A DNA stretch of 63,159 nt, filler included, from Chrysochromulina tobinii (taxonomy: Eukaryota): assembly GCA_001275005.1 (NCBI GenBank). It is 11 parts of 11 records of this genome, joined end to end, with 100 filler letters (N's around TTAATTAATTAA, not from the genome) between each part and the next. Parts side by side here need not be neighbours in the genome. Positions count along the whole stretch, not along the records: positions 27,813 to 36,197 come from JWZX01000061.1; positions 36,298 to 40,869 come from JWZX01000062.1; positions 40,970 to 47,243 come from JWZX01000063.1; 8 more parts are not named here. One strand, 5' to 3'. Positions 33,901 through 43,900 of this stretch are shown piece by piece; position 1 is the stretch's first letter, and each line of letters starts with the position of its first letter. Under the pieces are notes generated by a model that had not been told where the DNA came from, ran no database searches, and was given only the letters and a program-made list of their open reading frames with translations. Made by a program: the position numbers and the translations under genes.

Positions 33901-35988
33901 TCGCGCCGAGCTGGGCGCTCTCCTCCCTCTCCGCCTCCCTCTGCGCCGCCGCCTCCCTCTGCGCCATCGAAGGCGGACGAGGCCACGCGGGTGGCTCCTC
34001 GCCGCCGCCGCGCAACCCCCACGCCGCCCAACGGTCGCCTACCGGTAAGGCGGGCGCCGTCGTGGGCGCCGTCGTGGGTGGCGCCGTCGTGGGCGCCGTC
34101 GTGGGCGCGCCCTCGATCGAATCGTACCGCAACGGCGCGGGCTCGGTGCCCACGACGGCGCCCACCCGCCCACCGCCCGCCGCCTGCGCCGCCGCCGCCG
34201 GGGTGGCGCTGTCGTGGGCGCCGTCGTCGTCGATGGCCGACGTAGCCGAGTAAAAGGACGCTTGCTCGGCGAGTGTGGCCCGGTGGAAGAGCAGCGCCGC
34301 GGCGCCGTCGTGGGCGTCCATCGCAGAGGACGACGGTGCGTACGGGGGCGGCTGCGCGCCGTGCTGAGCACTTGCATGCGAGGCGGGGGGCGGGGCGGGG
34401 GCGGCGTCTGGAAGGACACGTGCCATGTACCTGTGGGAGAGGGAGGTCGACGCGCCGTGATGAGCACTTGCATGCAAGGCAAGGCAAGGGAGATCAAGGG
34501 AGCTCAAAGGAGATCGATGGAGATCGATGGAGATCGATGGAGATCGATGGAGATCACGGGAGATCACGTACTGCTCGAGCGCCTTTTGCTCCTCCGGGCC
34601 CCAACTGAACTGAGCCTGGGCAAGGCCACGGAGGAGGCGCTGCGGATGCTCCCACGCGAACCTGCGGGAGGGAGCAGCGCTGTGATGAGCACTTGCATGC
34701 AAGGCAAGGCCACGGAGGAGGGTTGGGGATGCTCCCACGCGAACCGAATCGAGGCGGGCGGGGGCGCCATCTCGGGCGCCGTCTCGGGCGCCGTCTCGGG
34801 CGCCGTCTGGTACGCGCCCGAGTCGACTTCGTCGTCGTCGGTCGCTGTGTTGGGGCGGGCGGTGGGCGCGACACTGGCGGCCGTGCACTGGGCGGTGGGC
34901 GCGACACTGGCGGCCGCCACGTGCGCGTTGCGATCCGTCAGACTCGACTGCTGCGCGCCGTGAGGAGCGAATGCATGCGCGCCGTGATGAGCGCATGCAT
35001 GCGCTGGCTCCACCGTGATGACGGCCTGATGAGGCGTGATGAGAGCGCCACCCGCCGCGGGGATCATCTTAATGAGGGCGCCATCCGCCGAGGGGAGCGA
35101 CGTGGGCGGCGGCATCGACTGCCGCGCCGCGCGCGCTGCGATCCGTGCAAGCCGGCGCTGCTTGGCGACTTGGACGCCGGAAGAGGGGGGCTGGGCTAGG
35201 GGGTTGGCGGCCACCCGCACGAGCGCCGCCTCGAGCGCCGCCTGCCTCGCCTCCTCCGCCGACGCCCACCGAGCGGCGCCATTCACGTGTGACGAAATCG
35301 CGTGTGACGAGCAAGGGCGTGCCGAGGCAGGGCGTGACGAGGCAGGCCGCGAGCGCGCGGAGGTGGGGCGCGATGGGCGCAGCGAGGCGTGCGCGCGGCC
35401 AAGACTCTGGCGCTCAGCCTGGCGCAGATTCTCGCTGCTGCTCTGCAGAAAGCGCTCGTCCCACACGGGAGGGACGGCGGCGATGGCGGCGGCGGCCGTC
35501 GGAGGCGTCGCGTCGTCGGGCACCATCTCGGCTCTCGTCGCCGAGTCCTCGCCGGGCACGGCGCTCACGGAGCGGCAGGCGTCGGGGGCGGACTGCGGGC
35601 GTGGTCCACGGCGCCACGTCGCGCCGCCCGGCTGCGGTCCGCCGATTGCGGACACGACCTCCTCCCAATCCTTCGCCTTCCGTCCCACCTCGCCGCCCGC
35701 GAGGCGCTTGGAGAGCATCGAGGCCGCGAGCGCAGCCCTGCGACCCGCGTCATCGAGCAGAGGGCGCGCATGCGCCGACTGCGGCCGCACCGGCTCGTGC
35801 GCCTCTCGCTTGGGCGGCGGCCGCCGATGCCGCAGCTCCTCGGGCAGCAACGCGTTGAAGTTCGCCCGATCTATCGCTTTCAAGGCGGGCCACACCGGAT
35901 CGGCGGTGAGACCGATCGGCTTCTCCGGCAGGTGATGAGGCCACGTGCGGAGCTCGCCGTTGGGCTTCACGATCAGGCGCAGGTCCAT
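30985..35988 (-). CDS. hypothetical multi-exon protein; predicted introns 34744-34662, 34571-34431, 33706(or 33694)-33545, 33493-33407, 33271-33011, 32584-32352, 32264-32192, 31996-31865, 31675-31599, 31539-31447
   Basis: Removing these GT-AG introns joins the ORF-track fragments in frame from ATG 35988 to stop 30985, apart from one 11-nt insertion at ~31743-31753. Confidence 0.75.
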
Positions 35989-36297
35989 CCTGGACGGTCG
36001 AAGTGAGAGGATGCCGTCCGTGCCGACCGCCTTCGCTCCGGGGGGGTTGTGAGCCCGGCGAACAGCCGAAAAAAGGTCAGCTCAACCCTGCCCATCCTCA
36101 TTCGTGTATATGTTTAGAGTGCTACCGCCGGCTTCCCCACCCCCGTTTGTCGTTTGTCGTTTCGGTGGTGAGGTTCTCTTACTTTAGTCACTTTAGTNNN
36201 NNNNNNNNNNNNNNNNNNNNNNNNNNNNNNNNNNNNNNNNNTTAATTAATTAANNNNNNNNNNNNNNNNNNNNNNNNNNNNNNNNNNNNNNNNNNNN

Positions 36298-39200
36298 GGC
36301 GAGGGAGGAGGAGGTGGCGTAGATAGAGTCGATAAAGTGCCAGATGGTGGCGGGGCCGATGCCGCCAAAGGTGGTGATGACCCACGGGAGGAAGAGGCGG
36401 CCGCGCGCGGCGGAGCCTGAGGCGTGTTTGGCGGTTTTTTCGGCGGCGCGGGCGGTGATGATGGCGTGGGCGTCAAGGGCGGCGGCGGCGGCATAGGAAG
36501 GGAGGAGGGGGCAGCTAATGGTGAAGTCGATGGCGGTGGAATGTTCGGAGGCGAAGGAGGAGAGGACGAGGTCGACTTTGGTGCCGGAGGTGAGGGAGGA
36601 GTGGAGGTTGGTGGAGGTAGAGGCGTCGAGGCCAGCCTCGGAGCCGAGGTGGTGGGCGACGAGGCGGGCAAGGTCGTCGTGGCGGCGGTGGCGAAGAGGG
36701 CTGGCGCCGCAAGTGATTTGGTGGTAGCAGTGGCGGTGAGTAGGGTAGAGGCAATGGTTGGGGGCGATGGGTTTGGCGACTGTGACGGTGGTGCATTTTG
36801 GGCGGCAGCGGAGGGAGGCGGCCGGGGTGATTGAGGGGGGAGGGATGCCTAGGCGGTGGCAGATGAAGAAGGTGAATTCGGCGTTGGTGAGGAGGGCGCC
36901 CTGGGGGATAGAGTGGGCGGTGAGGAGGGAGGAGGCGCCTCGGAGGGCGCAGGCGCGAAGGCGAGCGGCGGCGAGGGGGTTAGAGCACGTGGCGAGGCGG
37001 GTGGAGAGGAGGTGCCGGGAGAGAGCGTGGGAGAAGACGGATTGTGTATGGCGGTGTGCGAGGAGGCGAATATTGGCGATGGAAGGGAGGTTGGTAGATG
37101 GGTCGAAGAGGAGGGAGTGGACGGTGTCGTGAAGGTCGGAGTCATAGGGAGGTGGGACGGCGAGAGTGGGTGTGGAGGTGATGGCGGAAAAGACGGCGTG
37201 GAAGGCGGCAAGAGTAGGAAGTTGGGAGGCGGCGAAGGTGGTGGGGTCCGAGACGAGGGGGCGGAGGAGCGGGTTGAGGGAAAGGGCGGGGAGGCTGTCG
37301 ATGAGGGAGGCGGCAAAGGCGGCAAAGGCGAGGGTGGTGGGATCGGGGAGGGAGATGCCGCCGGTGGTGGTGGGGAGGCGGAGCTGGAAGGCGGTGAGGA
37401 GGTGGCCGTCGGAGAGGAGTTTGGTCGGGTTGATGCGAAGGATGGTGGCGATTGCAGTGGCGGCGGCGGTGTGCGCGGCGTCGGTGAAGGTGGGCTCGTT
37501 CGGGGTGGAAGGATGGGGGGTGGCGGTAATGGAAGGGGGGGTAAGGCGGAGGTGATGGTTGAAGTTGGTTTGGGGTCGGAGGCAGAGGGTGATGATGAGG
37601 ACGGCGCCGTGGGCGTGAACTGCGGGGATGGAGGTGAAGTGAAGGAGGCGGGCGCGGTAGGTGGCGGTTAGGTCGGCGAGGAAGGCGCGGCGGCCCTCTG
37701 GTGTGCCAACGGGTCCGCCGGCGAGGCGGTAATGTGAGGAGGTGACGGTGGCTTCGGGGTGGAAGTGGGCGGCGGAGTGGCGAATGTGGAGGGGGCTGTC
37801 GTTAGGGAGGGGGGGTTGGAAGTGGGCGCCTTTTTTCGGGGCGATGCTGAGGCGGAGGCGGGAGCGGAGGAGGTCGGAGATGGCGGCGGCGGCAATGGGA
37901 TAGAGAGGGTCGGTGGCGGCGGAGAGGGAGGGAGGGAGGGTGATGGTGGTGTCGTCGTGGATGAGGACGGGGGGTGGGAGTGGTGGGTGGGAGGGCGGGA
38001 GCCGAATGGAGAGCAGTGCGTCGCGGATGGCGATGGAGAAGGTAAGGTTGAAGGCGTAGCCCGCGATGCCGCAGCCTTGGTCGAGGCCGTCGGTTTGGTA
38101 GTAGGTGGTAAAGGTGGAAAGGGTTTGGACGAGGGTGGGGCCGGGGGTGGAGTAGAAGAGGAGGAAGTAGGTGAGGGCGTCCGCATCGGAGGCGGAGGCG
38201 TGCTCGTCGTGAATGTGGTGGAGGAGGGTGGCGTGGACGGCGCAGCGGGCGATAGAGGTGTGGGCGTTGACGACGTCGAGTAAATGGTGGATGAAGTGGG
38301 GGTAGCGCTCGTTGATGAGCTGCATTTGGTGGACGGCGGTGTCGCAGCCTGCAGGGGAATTGCCGAATTGACCTAGGGATTCGAGGAGGGGTCGTCGGTG
38401 GCGGGTGACGGCGCGGGCGATGCGGCGGGCGAGGTGGCGGCGGAAGACGTTGTGGCGGCAAAGGGGTCGGACAGCCTCAATTTGGGCGACGGAGGTGGGG
38501 TAGGTGCCATCTGAGAGTTGCTTGCACTGGCCGGACGTGGTCTTGGTGGTAAGGAGGCGGCGGTGGGCGGGGGAGAGAACGCCGCGGCGTATGGAATCGA
38601 GGAGAAGGGCGAGGAGGGGAAGAACGGAGGGGGAGAGGAGGTAGGCGGTGCGGGTGCCGGTGCCATCCGGTGCGCCGCCAGGGTGGGCTCGGATGGATTT
38701 GGACCAGGTTTCGATGACGGAGGCGCGGGTGGTGGGGTCATAAATGCGGGCGGAGGTGCGGTGGTTCGGGCGAATCTGGGGTAGGACGTCGGCGGCGGTG
38801 TTGACGAGGTCGGAGGAGAGGTTGAGGTCGGGGTTGGGGCCGCAGGGGACCTTGGCTAGGAGGAGGGGCGCAATGGCGGGGAGGGGGGGGGCAAAGGGGA
38901 CGGAGTAGATGCGGTGGAAGGCCTGGGCGGGGGTGGTGCGGGCGAGGTGGTCGTTGATGATAGAAGGGAGGCGGTCTTGGTGGATGGTGTGAATGGTGGC
39001 GTCAAAGGCGCGTTTGGAGTTCCAGTCGTGGGCGAGCCAGAGCTGAGAGGCGCGGCCAAGGCGGAGGTGGCGGGAGCGGGTGGAAAGGGTGTTAGGGAGG
39101 GCGGAGCGGGGTTCGGAGGGGGGCGGTGGGAAGAGGAGAAGGCGCGGAATGGCGTAGAGGAGGGAGCAGGCGGCGTCGTTGGTGACGTCGGAGAGGAGGG

Positions 39201-40560
39201 CGTTGAGGGCGACGATGTAGATGGCGTCAATGGCGGCGGCAGCGGCGGAGGGGATGGTGGGGAGGGCGGCAGAGTGGACCTCGTGGAGGAGGGCGCGTGT
39301 CGGGGGGGGTGGAGGCGAGGAACGGGAGGTTGGCGGTAAGGGCGTGAGAGGGAGGTGCGTCGTGGGCGGTGGGGTCGGGCGCCGTGGCGGTGGTGAAGTC
39401 GGTGGTGACGTGGGCGTCGGTGAGGTCAGTGGCGGTGGCTGCGGGCAATGGAGCTGGAGAGGGCGCGTGGGCGCAGTTGCGTGCGTGTTTGGCGAGGGAG
39501 GCAGGGTTGGAGTAGATGGCGTCGCGGCAAAGTTTGCAGCGGAAGAGGTAGGGGACGAGGGCGGAGGAGGGGATGTTGGTGAGCGGGAGGTGAGCGGAGC
39601 GGTAGTGCTGGGCGAGGGCTGAGGCGGAGGGGAAGAAGAGTGGGCCGGAGCAGGGGCGGAGGAGGCAGGGTATAGGAAGGTCGGGTGGCGGGTGTGGACT
39701 GAAGAGGCGGGGATTACGGTGGGAGGGGTAGGGGGTGATCCGGTGGGTGCGGGGGTGGCGCGGGCGGGGAGGGGAGTGGTGGGGGCGGCGAGGGTGTCGT
39801 CATCGGGGTGCCACCTCCCCCCGAGTGGGCCGACGACGACTCCACCCACCCCATCTCCGACCAACCCGCCGTCTGCGTCCTCACCTGCGGCCACCACCTC
39901 TGCCACCCTTGCATCTCCAACACCATCACCCTCCTCAATAACAACCCCCAGCACCCCGACCTTTCCCGCCCTTGGTGCCTCCGATGCCCCCAACCAGCAC
40001 CACCCGGCCTGTACACCTCCAACCCGCCCTCTCCTATTTCCAGCCACCGCGCCGCCTCGAGCGACGTCCCGCCCTCCACCATCCAAGCCTCTTCCCGCCA
40101 CCGCCGCTCATAGTGAAGGAGGATGTGGCCGAGGGCGGCGGTGTAGGATGTGGCTCGGCAGCCGTAGCCGGAGGCGGAGGCGGGAAGGGCGGAGGCGGAG
40201 GTGGAGATGGTAGTGGCGAGGGCGGAGGGGGAGGCGGCGGCGGGGGTGGGAGCGGTCGCGGCATAGACGGCGTCATAGGTGGCCATGTAGGTGGTGGTAT
40301 TGGCGGGTGGGAAGTAGAAGGCGGGGTTGGGGGAGGAGCGGTGGGCGGCATGGGCGAGGGCGGAGGGGGTGAAAATGGTGTGGGCGGGCTGGGTAGCGGG
40401 GGCGGTGGAGGTGGGGGGGGTGGGATCGAGACTATTCGTGTCGAGGTGGTAGAGGAGGTTACGTGAGCCATCGGTGAAGCCTCGGATGGAGGGGCCGGAG
40501 AGGAAAGGGTAGAGAGGCGCGGCGGGTTGGTCGGTGGAGGATTGTGAGGACTGATCATCT
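36298..40560 (-). mobile_element. non-LTR retrotransposon, CRE/SLACS-like (RT + zinc knuckle + restriction-like endonuclease), 3'-partial
   Basis: RT motifs VRPLCRHNVFRR, QFG, LDVVNAHTSIAR, GLDQGCGIAG, IHDD, LAGGPVGT and LRLPTTTGGISL. Then C..C..H...C, RHDDL, KVDL...IDFTI, EKTAKH and FLPWVITTFGG. Confidence 0.9.
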
Positions 40561-40969
40561 TCACCATTTTCGTCTTCGCTCGCCCGACATTCTCGCCTTC
40601 ATCGCCTCCACTGCTGTTGCCACCATTGCATCCGCTAACGCCACCGCCGCCCAGTCCTTCAACCTACCCACATTTGCCCACTTGCCCATCTCAACACCCA
40701 TCGCCTCCATCACCGCCACCATCGCCGCCACCATCGCCGCCATCCTTCCCGCCGGCGCCGCCGCAAAGACCGCCGCCGCCCGATCCGCCGCTACCGCCTC
40801 CCCCGCACCGCCACCCCCACCGCCGTCGCCCCGGTCGCATGGCAAAACTGCCGGCGATCGGGCACGGCTNNNNNNNNNNNNNNNNNNNNNNNNNNNNNNN
40901 NNNNNNNNNNNNNTTAATTAATTAANNNNNNNNNNNNNNNNNNNNNNNNNNNNNNNNNNNNNNNNNNNN

Positions 40970-43900
40970 GTGCAGGGGGGGCGAAGGGGGGGCGGGCGTC
41001 GGGGGTGGCCGAGCTGTTGGCTGTGTGGGGAAGGCGGAGGACACAGCGTAGGGCATCCTGTGGCACGTGTGCGGCGTGGCCAGTCCTGCGCCTGCGGGCG
41101 CCGCTGCCACCTCCTCGTCCACCACCGCCTCATCCACCTCCTCGTCCGCGTCCTCGTCCTCGTCCGACGCGCCAAGGTGCCCCTGACGGCGCCCCGACGC
41201 GACTCGTGACGACGGCGGCGCCGCCACCACACCGACTGCCGCGACCGTGCCCACCGCCGCCTCCGCCGCCGCCGCCGCCGCCGCGTACTCCTCGTGCGCG
41301 CCCGCGTACAGCCGCCACTCCTCCTGCGGCGCCGCGATCGCGCCCGACACGGCGCCCTGCGCGTAGTAGTAGTTGCCCGCCACCGCGGCGGCATGGTAAT
41401 AGTTTCGCGCCACCTGCTCAGCGACGGCCGCGGCGCGCCAGCTGGCGAGGAAGGCGGCGAGGGAGGGGCAGTGGGCCGTGCGGACCACGCGCAGCAGCTG
41501 TGCCAGCCTCGCCTTCTCGGCCACCTTGAGCGCCGTCGTGAGCGCCGACTGCTGCTCCTTGCCGAGGCGCTCCTGTGCGAAGCGCACGTCCGCCTTGCCG
41601 CGCTCGAAGACGGCGCGCGCCTGATGCGGCAGGCACTCGGTTGCAATGAGCGACCATCAAGGGGCACTCAAGGCAGCTCGCGCCGTCTCGGGCACATTCG
41701 GGCACGGCGCGCGCACCTCGAGCAGAGTCTGTTCGACCTTCTTGACCTGTGCCCGCGCCTCATCGCGCTCCCGAGTGAGCGTATCGAGCTTGGCGCCCGC
41801 TGTCACGCGCGACGTGGCCATCTGCCTCTCGGCCACCGTCGACCGATGTGCACCCTCATCCACGAGCGAGCGCATGTGCACCTCCGCTGCGACCGCTTGC
41901 TCAGCACGGCGCTGGAGCGCCTCGGCACGGCAGGTGAGCTCGTGCACGCGTGTACAGTACTCTCTGGAGCAGCACATGGCCTGCCAGCGGCTCCATGCAC
42001 TGTCGAGGGACGCGCGCTCCCAGTTCTTGCACGGCTCGCACGCACCGGCTGCCGCGAGCCCGCCCACGCGCCGTATCGAGCGGAGCGACGACGCCGCATG
42101 CGAGCTGCTCACCATCGTCGCGATCTCTGCCCACGTCGTCTCCGCCGCCACACGGGCCCAGCGGCCGAGCGCCGCCGTGAGCGTCGCGAGCACGAGGGTC
42201 TGGCGCACCTGATGAGGGGAGCAATCAAGAGGTGTCATCAGAGGTCATCAGAGCGCCGCCGTGAGCGTCGCGAGCACGAGGGTCTGGCGCACCTGATGAG
42301 GGGAGCAATCAAGAGGTGTCATCAGAGGTCATCAGAGCGCCGCCGTGAGCGTCTCGAGCACGAGGGTCTGGCGCACCCCCACCGCCAAGAGGACCACGAG
42401 CTGCGCGCGCGCCCTCTGCTGGAGCTGTGAAACGGCGCTGTGAACCGCCTCTTCCCGGGTCGCCTCGGCCTCGAACAGCGCCGTCTCGAGCGCTCCACGC
42501 GCCGCGATGAGCGTCTCCAGTCGCGCCGTGTGGGCCACCTCCGCCGTGTCGAGCACGCTCAGCATCGCGGCCGTCGCGCACCACTTCAAGAACGCGCCGT
42601 GCCGGGCGAGCCATCGGAGGCGCGCCTCGGCGCCCGATGCGAGGGCGAGGGCGCGCAGCTGCGCCTCCACACGCGGCAACACCTCGTGCGCGGTCACGAC
42701 GCCGAGGCGCACCTGTGGGGGGAGGAGAGGGCGCCGTGGTGAGCACATGCATGCTGGGAGAGGGCGCCGTGGTGAGCACATGCATGCTGGGGAGGAGAGG
42801 GCGCCGTGGTGAGCACGTGCATGCTGGGGAGGAGAGGGCGCCGTGGTGAGCACGTGCATGCTGGCGGGAGGGTCACGACGCCGAGGCGCACCACTCCTCC
42901 AGCGCCGACTGGCGCCGCTACCACCGCCGCCGCCGCCGCCGCCGCCACCGCCACCGCCACCGCCGCCGCTCGGCTGCACCGCCGAACGACCAAACGCGCT
43001 GGCCGGTGTAGTGAACGAAGGGCCAACGGCGGCCGAGGTGCCCTCATTGGCGCTCACGAGAAGCGCCGCCGCGAGCGCCGCGGGGGTGTGCTGCTCGAGC
43101 GCCTGCCGCTCGCGCTTCCGAGCTGCGTGCTCCGCGGCGATCCGGCGGTTTCGCTCGGCAGCCTCGCGCCGCGTGGCGAGTACAGCCGTCCGCTTGGCAG
43201 CCTCGAGCTCCGCCGCGTGCTGCTCGGCGAGATTCTCGAGATTGAGCTCGGCGGCGAGGGCCGATCGAGCATTCAGCGCGCGCGTCTCGGCGAGCGCCGA
43301 CGTGCCGCGCAGCTGGCGGCGGAGCGGCGCCAGCAGCGACAGGCCCTCGAGCGACACCGCCGCGCGTCGCCAGCGAGAGAGGGCGGAGAGGCAGGTGGCG
43401 CGCTGAGCGGCGCCCGCGGCCGCGATGAAAAAGTTAGCCGCGAGCGCCTTGCGCTGTTGCAGTGTCTGCTGGGCGGCCGTGCGGGCGGCCTCGAGGGCGG
43501 CGTCGAGTTGGGCGGCGAGCTGCGCATTGAATTGCGAGAAGCTCTCGCCGGCGGTGGAGATGGTGTGGGGACCTGTGGGGATGGTGTGGGGACCTGTGGA
43601 GATGGTGTGCGGACCTGTGGGGACCTTGCCGTCGACGGCAGCAGCTCGCGCCGTTGCCGTCGACGCGTCGCCCTTGGCGGCTCTCGCACCATCCCCATCG
43701 ATAGCGTGCGCGGCGGCCTTGGCGGCGGCATTCGCGAGCTGCAGGGCACTTCGTGCGGCCGCGGCCGACGCTTCCGCTGCGGCCGTCGAGGCTGCGGCCG
43801 AGGCGGAGACGGGGCGGCTGCCTGGTCCCCAATTTGTCATGGCGGTCTCGAGGGCGGCGCGCGCCGCTTCGGCCGCGGCCGCCTCCGCCTCCGCCGTCAC

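Noticed and set aside
36424..39622. Gly/Glu-rich plus-strand ORFs
   Set aside because: Antisense shadows of the C-rich retrotransposon ORF.
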